A DNA stretch of 64,000 nucleotides from the NCBI RefSeq assembly GCF_963921235.1, contig NC_086097.1:49044001-49108000 (forward strand). Direction: 5' to 3'. Below the pieces are notes generated by a model. The model was not told the DNA's origin and did not search any database. It worked only from the letters and a program-made list of their open reading frames with translations. Each line of letters starts with the position of its first letter. Position 1 is the first letter of the stretch. The position numbers and the translations under genes are program-made. This document shows positions 52,373-64,000 of the stretch, piece by piece. This DNA is from Mobula hypostoma. Lineage: Eukaryota.

Positions 52373-53234
52373 AGCAACACACACAAAATGCCGGTGGAAC
52401 GCAGCAGGCCAGGCAGCATCTATAGGAAGAAGCACAGTCGATGTTTCAGGCCTTACTGAAGTCCATGTAGACAATATCCACTGCCTTCCCTTCATCCACT
52501 TTCCTGGTAACCTCCTCGAAAAACTCCAATAGATTGGTCAAACATGACCTACCACGCACAAAGCCATGTTGACTCTCCCTAATAAGTCCCTGTCTATCCT
52601 AATGCTTGTAGATTCTGTCTCTTAGTACTCCCTCCAATAACTTACCTACTACCGACGTTAAACTTACTGGCCTATAATTTCCCAGATTACTTTTCGATCC
52701 TTTTTTAAACAACGGAACAACATGAGCCACTCTCCAATCCTCCGGCACCTCACCTGTAAACTGCGACATTTTAAATATTTCTGCCAGGGCCCCCGCAATT
52801 TCAACACTAGTCTCCTTCAAGGTCCGAGGGAACACCCTGTCAGGTCCCGGGGATTTATCCACTTTAATTTTCCTCAAGACAGCAAGGACCTCCTCCTTTT
52901 TGATCTGTACAATTTCCATGATCTCACTACTTGTTTCCCTTAATTCCATAGACTTCATGCCAGTTTTCCTTAGTAAATACAGACGCAAAAAACCTATTTA
53001 AGATCTCCCCCATTTCCTTTGGTTCCGCACATAGCCGACCACTCTGATCTTCAAGAGGACCAATTTTATCCCTTACAATCCTTTTGCTCTTAATATACCT
53101 GTAAAAGCTCTTTGGATTATCCTTCACTTTGACTGCCAAGGCAACCTCATGTCTTCTTTTAGCCCTCCTGATTTCTTTAAGTATTTTCTTGCACTTCTTA
53201 TACTCCTCAAGCACCTTATTTACTCCCTGCTTCC

Positions 53235-54304
53235 GCTGTGTACATACATCTATTTGATGCTTCTCGACACATCTTCAGTGATGTTGCTGGAATCATCGGG
53301 TGTTTCGGGTCTTTCAATATCATACAACCTCCGCCAGGTGACCCAGCCGGGGCTGATCAGACCCAGCTTGTGTCCAGATGGCTAGCTACTTATGACTCCA
53401 TGGCTCCCCTCTTTTGAGCCACAGCCATCTTGAGGCCCTCTCTGCTGCATCGGTGGTACTGCGGATGGCTCTCCTCTTCCTCTCTCCCTCGATGCCCAAA
53501 ATGCTGAAGGCTCTAACTAAAGAACGGGCTACGAATCCCCTACAACCAACCTCCACTGGGAGACACCTCGCTCTCCATCCGCCTGCTGACAGTTGCTGAC
53601 CAGTCCTGCGTACTTGGAGAGCTTCCTTTCAAAGGCCTCCTCCAAGCTATCTTCCCATGGGACTGTCAGCTCCAGCAGCACCACTTGCTTAGTCGACTCA
53701 GACACTAGGACAATGTCTGGTCGCGGGGTGGTGGCTGCGATATGGTTGGGGAACTTCAGCTGCCCTTCGAGGTCCACCAACAGCTGCCAGTCCCTTGCAG
53801 AGGTCAGAATGCCTGCAGATATTCTTTTGGCAGGTATTGGCTGCTCCCCAGCTCTGACAAAGGCAATGGTCTGCTTGGAGGGTCGGGACCACTTCGCCCA
53901 CTCAACTCCTGTGCTGACGGCTTCAGCGATGGTCTTCAGGACCTGATCATGCCTCCACCTGTTACCGTCCCTCACCAAGTGCCCTTGCACAGCCGCTGAG
54001 GATGTGCTCCAGGGTTCCTCTCTTGGAGCACAGTGGGCACGCAGATGACTCTGCCTTGCCCCATGTGTGCAGGTTTGATGGGCTTGGAAGCACATCGTAC
54101 ACTGCCTGGATGAGAAATTGGATGCGGTGCGGTTCGGCTTTCCAAAGATCAGCCCAGGTCACTTTCCTCTCAACTGCATTCTCCCATCTTGTCCAAGCTC
54201 CCTGTTGGTTCATTCCCACTGCCCTGCAGGCTCTCATCTCCTCCACTACTGCCCTCACCTCCTCCTGAACTAGACGACGCCTTTCCTTCCCTCTGGTGTC
54301 CATT
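53235..54304 (-). mobile_element. 5'-truncated HERO-like retrotransposon (CCHC plus restriction-like endonuclease plus 3' UTR)
   Basis: CPLCSKRGTLEHILSGC, RHDQVL and RPDIVLVS...LLELTVPWE...KLSKY; TAG at 53388-53386; ttcc at both junctions. Confidence 0.9.
53266..53329 (-). ncRNA. Candidate non-circularly permuted hammerhead ribozyme in the HERO-like 3' UTR
   Basis: Minus strand reads GGUUGU-A-UGAUAUUG aaa GACCC-GAA-ACACCC (11 nt) CAACAUCA-CUGAAGA-UGUGUC. Stem III 5/6, stem I 7/8, stem II imperfect. Confidence 0.65.
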
Positions 54305-56677
54305 TTTCCTATACATGTCATACAACTCCCTCTTCTTCTTTATCAGAGTTGCAGTATCCCTTGAGAACCAAGGTTCCTTATTCCTATTCTCTTTGCCTTT
54401 AATCCTGACAGGAACATACAAATTCTGCACTCTCAAAATTTCTCCTTTGAAGGCTTCCCACCTACTGATCACATCTTTGCCAGAGAACAACCTGTCCCAA
54501 TCCATGCTTTTTAGATCCTTTCTCATTTCTTCAAATTTGGCCTTCTTCCAGTTCAGAACCTCAACCCTAGGACCAGATCTATCCTTGTCCATGATCAAGT
54601 TGAAACTAATGGTGTTATGATCACTGGAACCAAAGTGCTCCCCTACACAGACTTCTGTCACTTGTCCTAACTCGTTTCCTAACAGGAGATCCAATATTGC
54701 ATCCCCTCTAGTTGGTCCCTCTATATATTGATTTAGAAAACTTTCTTGAACACATTTTACAAACTCTAAATTATCTAGACCCCTAACAGTATGGGAGTCC
54801 CAATCAATGAGAGAAACTAACTTAGATTAAAGTTACAGAGAGGGTAGGAAGGGAAGTAGCACAAGGATAGGTGTTGCCTCACCTGTGCTTGCATAATAAA
54901 ATATTATTTGAAGGTGAATGGCTGGTTACAGATGGAATGGTAGTCTTGAGACGCATGGAACAGTCTCTTTGAAATGCTGAAAGGAAAGGGAAACGAAGAT
55001 ATGTCTGATTGTCGAGTTTCATTGCAGGTAGCGGAAACTGCAGAGTGATGCATTGTATGTAAAGGCTGATGGGCTGGTAGAAAGAAATACTATACTTCCC
55101 GTGCCCAACAGGGATGAGAGCAAATGTAAGGAAAAGATAGTTTTATCACAAAAAAAAATAGATTAAACCAAGAAATTTGGTAACCTACTTGCTCCTTGGA
55201 GCACTTGAAGTTTCCTGAGGAACTTCAGTATGAACTTTAGCAAATGCCGATAAGTTCTCCATCACAACTACCTTCATGTGAAAACCGATGACAAGGACCT
55301 TAGAAATTTACAGGCAAACTGCAGACAGGTCCCATCAACTTATACAACAGGAACCAATTTGTTATCTGATTCAGGATCCAAGTTAGAGCTAATTATATTT
55401 TAGTGAAAGTTACAATTAAGAGTCAAGAAAGCTGTGTAACATAATTAGCAGTGGTAACCAGTAGGATACTTATAGTTAATGGTACTTCATCATGGTTTGT
55501 AACATTTCTTACAGTCTTACATGTCTCAGAGACATTCCATTGTAGGTCATTTATTAGAGGTTTAAAACTTTGACAACTCCTTCTGATAACAGGCTATCTT
55601 TTAGGATAGCATAAAGATGCCAGACTCTTCTCTCAATATGGTGGCAATCTCTGTAGTTATTGGATCTTGTCCAAGAACTAGAATGCCTAGAATTAGATCT
55701 TCAGTTTAGCTGAAATGAATCTGTAATTTGTTCAGTTGTTATTTGGAGATATGAACTTTCTCCATCATTTATGTTTGAAACCTACACCAGAAATTCTATT
55801 CAGGTTCCAGCAAAACCTTCTCACATATTTTTCAAATAATAGATGCACATACTATAACTTTGCTGAATTGTTTCTGTTAGCTATGGAGTTTGATAATGCT
55901 TAGCTGGAGAACAGGCCACCTGCAAAAAGCTGTTACAAATGAAGTTAGCAGAACAGAGGAGTTATGAGATGTGGATTATATAGATGGTATATAGCAGGTA
56001 CATGAAAACAGATGGTAGACATTAAATTGTTGCTAAAAAATATCTCACTCTCCTTGAGGAATACTTTAGATGTTGATATTGGTTCTTGATCCTAGGTTTA
56101 ACTAAGTGAGAATGCCAATTCAGAGTAAGGTCACTCAACTAACATCTGTGCTGTGCTGTCACTGATCACAGCTGGAAAGCCAGTATCCCATAAGTCCTCT
56201 GCTTTGTGACATATGTTAACTCTCAGTCCAGGAATAACTCTATTTTAAAATAGCCTTCCTTCTTTTCAGATTCCTCTTCTCTCTGTAACCACAGGAGATA
56301 ATCTTCCTTTGTACCTGTCAGACTATGTTTGGGTAGAACCTCTTTAGATTGGGTAAAATAGCCAAGACTCAAGAGAGCAGCAGAACTCAGAACTCAAGTT
56401 TATTGAAACTAACTGACATTACATCTAATGTATAAAACACTGCAAATATTATAAGGACATGATTAGAAAAAGCAAAGGAATTAAATTATATAAGACTACA
56501 AGATATCTCTGATAAATGGCCTACAATAGAATGTCTCCTAGCAACAAACTTGGAGTTCAAGAGCTAACTTTAGGAGCTTACAACTAATTACATTTTGAAA
56601 TGGGCAGTTATCAAGCTACACACATCAAGGTTGCTGGTGAATGCAGCAGGCCAGGCAGCATCTCTAGGAAGAGGTAC

Positions 56678-56713
56678 AGTCAACGTTTCGGGCTGAGACC
56701 CTTCGTCAGGACT
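56678..56713 (-). ncRNA. Minimal type I hammerhead ribozyme (Penelope-associated)
   Basis: AGUC-CUGACGA-A-GGGU-CUCA-GCCC-GAAA-CGUU-GACU: full core, stem I AGUC/GACU, palindromic ACGU in place of stem III. Confidence 0.75.
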
Positions 56714-57420
56714 AACTGAAGGAAGAGCTAGTAAGAGATTTGAAAATGGGAGGGGGAGGGGGAAATCCAAAATGATAGAAGACAGGAGGCGGGGGGGATG
56801 GAGCCAAGAGCTGGACAGTTGATTGGCAAAGGGGACATGAGAGGATCATGGGACAGGAGGCCCAGGGAGAAGGAAAAGGGGGAGGAGGGGGAAAGCCCCA
56901 GAGGATGGGCAAGGGGTATAGTCAGAGGGACAGAGAGAGAAAAAGGAGAAAGAGAGAAAGAATGTGTGTATATAAATAAATAATGGATGGGGTACGAGGA
57001 GGAGGTGGGGCATTAGTGGAAGTTTGAGAAGTCAATGTTCGTGCCATCAGGTTGGAGGCTACACACTCAGAATATAAGGTGTTGTTCCTCCAACCTGAGT
57101 GTGGCTTCATCTTTACAGTAGAGGAGGCCGTGGATATACATATCAGAATGGGAATGGGATGTGGAATTAAAATGTGTGGTCACTGGGAGATCCTGCTTTC
57201 TCTGGCGGACAGAGCGTAGGTGTTCAGCAAAACGATCTCCCAGTCTGCATCAGGTCGCGCCAACATATAGAAGGCCACATTAGGAGCACCGTACGCAGTA
57301 TATCACCCCAGCCAACTACCCCCCTCCCCCTCCCACTTTCAAATCTCTTACTAGCTCTTCCTTCAGTATCTCCCCCTCCTCCTCCCACTTTCAAATCTCT
57401 TACTAGCTCTTCCTTCAGTT

Positions 57421-57455
57421 AGTCCTGACGAACGGTCTCGGCCCGAAACGTCGAC
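57421..57455 (+). ncRNA. Minimal type I hammerhead ribozyme (Penelope-associated)
   Basis: AGUC-CUGACGA-A-CGGU-CUCG-GCCC-GAAA-CGUC-GAC; one stem II mismatch. Confidence 0.65.
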
Positions 57456-57734
57456 AGTACCTCTTCCTAGAGATGCTGCCTGGCCTGCTGCGTTCACCAG
57501 CAACTTTGATGTGTGCTGCTTGAATTTCCAGCGTCTGCCGAATTCCTCATGTTTGAGTTATCAAGCTAATTGATCTTTACTGAAATATTTATGTCAGCAT
57601 AATTTACCTTAAAATGCCAAAGAAAGAAATTAGATTACAAATTGTCTGATGCTGGCTGTGTCACTTACACTGGATCTAATTTGGTAATTATGCCTCTCAC
57701 TGTGTCTAAAAATGAAACATTTCCAAAGATTTAC

Positions 57735-57813
57735 CTGGATAATTGAAAATTGCTTGTAGAAAGAAGAATTATCCAAATGTAGTTCCAGATCAATATCCTG
57801 CAATTCCTCACAA
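57735..57813 (-). CDS. TMEM179: TMEM179 exon 3 (SCEELQDIDLELHLDNSSFYKQFSIIQ)
   Basis: tctacag| acceptor and CAG|gtaaat donor, 79 nt, phases compatible with both neighbouring exons. CEELQDIDLEL motif. Confidence 0.95.
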
Positions 57814-57965
57814 CTGTAGACAAAAACACTGTGGTCATTTACAAAGTTCAACCAGTCATGCAAGTAGTTACTAGTTTGAAAGACAGTTTTGGTACTAAAT
57901 ATCTTCACTATTTCTTGTATTTTGTATGCAAGTACCTCTAGTAATTAAATGGTGGCTGGTTTTCA

Positions 57966-58172
<207 letters not shown>

Positions 58173-59139
58173 TCAGTAAGCCACACAGTTGATGAGTTGT
58201 CTAGTAAGTGTTGTTATCAATGGTTCCTCACAATGTTGCACCAGAGTTGGATCTAAAATAATGGTAGGCTACTGATATAGAGTAACCTCCATTCTGCAAT
58301 AAAATACCAATCTTAAAGCAGTGCTTTTGATTTTGTGTACATGGATATAGGAAAGGTAGTAGAGAAGATACTGCAGATTGGAAAAGTAAACATTTGTGGG
58401 ATCAGAAGGAAACAAAAGGCTGGATTTAAAATCAATGTCAGAAAATTAAGGACAGAAGTTGATGGGGGTTTTTGTGACTGCAAGACATTTGCAGTGGAGT
58501 TCTTGGCCCCTTACTCCACATGCCATACACCAATCAGTTAGACATAATTTAGGAGCCACAGTTGAGAAGTTTGAAGCTGACAGAAAACTTGGCTGAGTAA
58601 CTGAGAGTGAAGTAGGAAGTACAGACAGTGCTGCAGGAAGGTATCAATGGTCACAACAGCAAGAATGTGACAAAAGGAATTCATTCCAGAGAAGTGTCAT
58701 TTGGGAAAGGGAAACAAGACGAGGGATAAGTGCTGCGGTACTGAGAATCACTGGGGAGACACAGACAGCACATCTGTTAACATTTGAATGTAAGAGGGCA
58801 GATAAATGCAGGTCCACCCCAGCTTACGTACAGCTTGTGAACAAATGGTTTGGAGCCCAGCGATATGTCTGGCTCCTCCAGGGCTGTAGGCATCATCTGC
58901 AGTCTGGGGATTCATATCATGGCTGCATTTCCGATTTGCAAACTGTTTAGGTAGTGCAACAGAACACTAGCATTACTAGCATAACCTGGGGTCCACCTCC
59001 AATGTGTTTAATGAGACCAATGGATAATTACCTTTATTGGGCAAGGCTTAGAATGTGCAAAAAGGGATCAGGCTAAAATTTATCCATCTTATACAGCTCT
59101 TCAGGGTCAATAGTCACTTGCCTCCACTAAGGTTATCCA

Positions 59140-60600
59140 AAGTTCAAAATAAATTTATTATCAAAGTACATATATGTCACCATATACAACCCTGAGATTC
59201 ATTTTCATGCAGACGTACTCAATATATCCATAGAATAATAACCATTACAGAATCAATCAAAGACCACACCAACTTTGGTATTCAACCAGTGTAGAAAAAG
59301 CAAAAATCTGTGCAAATACAAAAAGAAAGAAATAATAATAATAAAAAAAGGAATAACTATCAAGAACATGAGATGAAGAGTCCTTGAAAGTGAGCCCATT
59401 GGTTGTGGGAACATTTCAAGTGAAGCTGAGTGGCGTTATCCCCTTTGGTTCAAGAGCCAAATGGGTGAGGGGTAACAACTGTTCCTGAACCTGGTGGTTT
59501 GAGTTCTGAGGCTCCTGTACCTTCTTCCTGATGGCAGCAGTGAGAAGAGAGCATGTCCTGATTGCTGGGGGCATCCCTGGTGATGGATGCTGCTTTCCTA
59601 CGACAGCATTTCACGCAGTTGTGCTCAATGGTGGGGAGGTGTTTATCTTTGATGGACTGAGCCGTATCCACTCCTTTTTGTAGGATTTTCCATTTTGACG
59701 CCAGGGTTTGGTGTTTTCACACCAGACTGTGATGCAGCCAGTCGATATACTCTCCACTACACAACTATAGAGCTTTGTCGAAGTGTTAGATGCCATGCCA
59801 CACCTTCACAAACTCCTAAGGAAGTAGAGGCATTGCCTTGCTTTCTTTGTAACTGCACTTACTTGTTGGGCCCAGGACAGTCCTCCAAATTAATAATATT
59901 TTGAGGTTTGCTGACCTTCCCCACCTCCGATCCTCCGATGAGGACTGGCTCAAGGACCAGAGGTTTCCTGCTCCTGAAGCAATAATCAGCTCCCTGGACT
60001 TGCTGACATTGAGTAAGTAGTTGTTGCTATGGCACCACTCAGCTAGATTTTCAATCTCCCTCTATATGCTGATTCGTCGCCACCTTTAATTTGGCTTACG
60101 ACAGTGCTTCATCAGCAAACGTGACTACGGCATTAGAGCTGTGCTGAGCCGTGCAGTAAAGAGAGTAGAACAGGCGGCTAAGACACAGCCTTGTGGTGCA
60201 CCTGTGCTGGTGGAGATTTTGGAGATGTTGTTGCCAATCCAAAATGATTAGGGTCTACAAGAGAGGAAATCAAGGATCCAGTTGCACAAGGAGGTACTGA
60301 GGCTAAGGTCTAGGAACTTATTGACTAGTTTTGAGGGGCTAATGGTATTAAATGCTGAGCTGCAGTTGACAAAGAACATCTTGATGTATGCATCTTTGCT
60401 GTCCAGATGTGCCAGGGTTAAGTGAAGAGCCAATCACATGGCATCTGCTATGGACCTTTACTCCAGTAGGCAAATTGGAGTGGATCTAAATCACTTTCTC
60501 AGGCTGGAGTTGACAAAACCTCCCAAATTACTTCATCACTGTGGACTTGGGTGCTACTAGACGAGGGCCATTGATGCAGGTCTGTATGTTCTTCTTGGGG
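59140..60600 (-). mobile_element. Rex1/Babar-like LINE, degraded
   Basis: [34 protein letters not shown] and VVESISTGCITVW. Confidence 0.85.
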
Positions 60601-61060
60601 ACCTGCTTGAATTCTAGATTGACAATTGAGTCCTATGTGGATTGCTCCACAGTTGGATTAGGTGGTTCTCGGCAGTTCAGAGGGTGGGCTGTTTGTAGCT
60701 TGCATCCAAGTGTAGCTGTCCTTCTGGGGTGCTTATTTCAAGTCAGAGTTAAATCACTGTGTTACTGTGCTGTCACTGCATTACAAGTTGGATGTGCCAG
60801 CACCAGTTAAGTGCATAAGAGATTTACAGATGTTGCCACACCTGGAGAAGTTTAAGAGTGGCTGCATTTGTACAAAACATTGGTGAGGCCACTTGGAACA
60901 GCATGTGCAGCTTTAGTTACTCTGTTATTAGGAAAGATATCACTGAATTGACTTGACTTTATTTCTTACATCCTTCACATACATGAGGAGTAAAAATCTT
61001 TATGTCTCCATCTGAATCTGCAATGTGCAATTTATAATAATTTGCACTAAATAATAGGTA

Positions 61061-61641
61061 TGTAAGGGTTTCTTCTTTTATGTTACTGCTAAGGGGAATA
61101 AAATGGCTTCTCTGTACTGTTAACTGCTGAGACAGTGGTTCTCTATAGCAGTTAGTGATAACGGGATTTGTATTCATTTGCTAACCAATTGGGATAGATG
61201 TTATTCTTTATGTCTGTGTGAAAGCTGTTAGTTTGCGCCGGCTTTGGGGAGAAAGCGTGAAGAGGATGAAGAGAGAAGAGGTAGCTTGAGGAAACGGTTG
61301 CCGGACCGGCTGGGCCTGGGCTCAGGGTGGGAGCCCAGGGGTCGACGACGAGTGGAAGAGGATCAGCGAAAGGGAATCCGTGAGCTCCAACGTGGTGCAC
61401 TGGACATTTTTATCAGATTATTGGCGCCTTTTATTTGGTTTCCTTTTCTTTTGTTTCTCTACTAACTCCATACTTAAATATAAAATCTTAATCGTTTAAC
61501 CACACCTTGTGGACTGAATGTTATTTCAGGGTACTGATGTTACACAGGGGGCACAACACGCAACATCCACCCAAACCAAAGGTTTGGCCGGGCGGGGGTT
61601 ATCACCCTGAGATCATGCCACCTGGCAAAGCGAGTGTTACA
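61061..61641. mobile_element. Solo LTR
   Basis: TGTAA...TTACA inverted termini, 581 bp; flanks ggta/cgta (4-bp TSD with one mismatch); CpG-rich relative to its surroundings; no internal coding sequence. Confidence 0.7.
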
Positions 61642-61840
61642 CGTACAACAGAACAGTCAATATAGCTTAGAAATACAATTGTGTCAGTGTGAATTAATCA
61701 GTCTGATGGATCATTAAGCTGGAAAGAGTGCAAAGAAGATTTATGAGAATGTTGCTAGGACTAAAGGGCCTGAGTTGGCCAGCTAGGACTTTATATTTTG
61801 AAGACTACAAGACTGAGGTGTGACTTTATAGAGAGGTATA

Positions 61841-62912
61841 CAGTGCCGTGAAAAAGTACTCAGCTCCCACAACTATTTTCACATTTTACTGTGTCATTTT
61901 CTAAATATAATATATATTGAAGTAGGATTTTTGAACTAATCTACAACACATCGTGCATCATGACAAAGCAAAAGAAAAATTCCAAAATCTGTCAACAATT
62001 TATTAAAAATTAAAACCAAAATTGTAATGCTGAAAAAGTATTGATCCCCTTTGTAATTACGACACTAACTTTCCTCATGTGTAGTACTGTATACTACCTT
62101 ACCAATTCACTCAATTTGTTGATGTAGAAAATTGGAGGATCATCTGTTTTCAATTAATTCATAAGGATAAATACCCCATCCTTTTGTAAGGTCCGACAGA
62201 ATGGTAGATTTTCAACAGACCATCCAAAGTGAAGACAAAAAGGCATTTGAGACAAGTCAGGGAAATGATAATAAAGAAGCACAAATCTGGGGAAAGGTGC
62301 AAGACTACCTTAAAGGCACTGAACATACCTTGGAGCTCAGTGCAGTTCATTGTGGAAAAGGTAGAGGAAAGGCACTATATGTACCTTAGAGTTCAGAGCA
62401 GTACACTGTTAAAAAGTGGAAAAAATATGAAACCACAAACACACAGCCTAAGTCAGGCCGCCCCTTTAAACTTAGTAGCCGGAGAGGAATGGCACTTGTT
62501 AGAGAGACTACTGAGACACCAACAATCACTCTAAGTGAGCTGCTGAACTCAGTGGCTGCAACAGGAGATGAAGTTCATGGCTCCACAATCTCTAAGGCCT
62601 TGCACAAAAGGAGTATTTGTTGAAGATTGGCAAAGAAGTCCTGGCTACAAAAAATATAGCCTTGCCTGTAAAAATTTGCATAGCATCACTTAGAAAACAA
62701 TGTAAAGATGTGGAAGAATGTTTTGTGGTCAGATGAGACTAAAGTGGAACTTTTTGGCCTCAACACTCAGCTGTATGTGGGGCATAAATCTAACATTGTA
62801 CATCAGCCAAATAACACCAGCCCTACTGTAAAGTATGGTGGAGGTAGCATCATGCTATGGGGATGTTTTTCAGTAGCAGGAACTGGATATTTGATCAGAA
62901 TTGATGGGAAGT
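61841..62912 (+). mobile_element. 3'-truncated Tc1 transposon with decayed transposase
   Basis: TA|cagtgccgtgaaaaagta left end; inner repeat aaaagtattgatcccc at about 62034; [16 protein letters not shown] and [15 protein letters not shown]. Confidence 0.9.
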
Positions 62913-62914
62913 AG

Positions 62915-63430
62915 CACTCTCTGTAATTTAACAACAGAAAGGGAGCAATCACCCTATTGAGCAATCACCCTATTGAGCTGTCAAAAGACCCAACAATCTA
63001 GACTCACCCATAGCAAAAGAGGCACTGAGGAACAGATTAGTTTGCAGATTTTGGAAAGATGCAAAAATAACATGGTTGTTGTCATGGGCGACTTCAACTT
63101 CCCCAGTAATGACTGGAACCTCTGTAATGCAAAAGCTTTAGACAGGGCAGAATTTGTAAGGTATGCCCAGAAGGATGATTGTGCTAGCTTTCTTTTCTTT
63201 TTTGGCTTCATGGCCAACCAGAGAAGAAGAATTTCAGAATTGTATACTTTGATAATGATGTATGAACTTTAAAAATGTAATGAAGAATTAAATGAAATGT
63301 AAAGGTTGCTTAGGGATCACTTTCATGGGGTTTGTCGTGTTGAGGCTGGGAAAGGATGGCAGGGTAAAGGAACCATGGTTGACAAGAGAAGTGGAACATC
63401 TAACTAAGAGGAAGAAGGAAAAGGAACACT
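62915..63430 (+). mobile_element. CR1 endonuclease-region fragments
   Basis: VVVMGDFNFPSNDW and KEPWLTREVE. Confidence 0.7.
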
Positions 63431-64000
63431 ATAGCACAGTGCAAACCCCGACTCACAATCTTGTGCTGAATTTTTAACCCATACCAAGATCAATATAACC
63501 TTTCCTTCCTACATAGCTCTCCATTTTTCTTTCAACTATGTGCCTATCAAAGAGACTCTTCAATGTCCATAATGTATCTGCCTCTACCACAACTCTGGCA
63601 GCACGTTCCACGACCTACCATTCTGTGTAAAAAACGGCCTCTGACTTACCCCCTTTAGAGTCATAGAACACTAGAGTACAGAAACAGGCACTTCGGCCCA
63701 TCTAGTCCATGCTGATCTATTAACCTGCCTAGTCCCATCGACCTGCAATTGGACCATACCCCTCCCATCCATGTACATATCCAAACTTCTCTTAGATATT
63801 GAAATTGAACCCACATTCACCACTTCCACTGGCTGCTCATTCCAGTCTCTCAAAACCTTCTGAATGAAGAAGTTCCACCACATGTTCCCTTTAAACATTT
63901 CACCTTTCACCCTTAACTCATGACCCTTAGTTCTAGTCTCACCCAACCTTAGTGGAAAAAGCCACTTACATTTACCCTGTCCTTACCCCTCATAGTTTTA
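63420..64000 (-). mobile_element. Two CR1 3'-end fragments
   Basis: GETRTKGHELRVKGEMFKG...NFFIQKV; tail at about 63655-63675. Confidence 0.8.

Larger units (their letters stand above)
52450..54808 (-). mobile_element. CR1 LINE (same family as 9872-12321), 3' half lost, interrupted by a HERO-like insert
   Basis: Near-identical to 11039-12310; joined at about 52450 to a truncated Penelope-like end (52373-52452). Confidence 0.92.
56619..57555. mobile_element. Penelope-like insertion with inverted terminal structure
   Basis: 13-bp TSD agttatcaagcta (56606-56618 and 57556-57568). GIY-YIG remnant on minus at about 57020-57315, then an inverted terminus with an internal tandem duplication (57332-57419). 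Confidence 0.88.

Noticed and set aside
56070..56400. Possible ancient SINE-like or conserved repeat
   Set aside because: Could not be matched confidently to any family by eye.

Overview
This is eukaryotic, vertebrate genomic DNA. The repeat spectrum (CR1 with 8-mer tails, Penelope-like ends, V-SINEs, Rex1-like LINEs) suggests a cartilaginous fish, probably a ray (inference). Two host genes lie tail-to-tail: an NRAC/C14orf180-like gene on + (exons at 2105-2134, 12478-12613, 21813-21833 and 27044-27243; 128 aa model) and TMEM179 on - (exons at 58009-58146, 57735-57813 and 43448-43627; exon 1 is not in the window). The rest is dominated by nested mobile DNA: many CR1 and Rex1-like LINEs, two HERO-like (R2-superfamily, restriction-like endonuclease) retrotransposons, a deleted retrovirus-like provirus with paired LTRs and a tRNA-Leu PBS, an old BEL/Pao element, a solo LTR, two Tc1 elements, V-SINEs, and Penelope-like ends carrying minimal hammerhead ribozymes. 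The most striking signal is in the 3' ends of both HERO-like elements, which belong to divergent families. Each holds all three hammerhead strands in a non-circularly permuted order, with covarying stems and an extra conserved helix. All calls were made by eye; no searches or folding programs were run.
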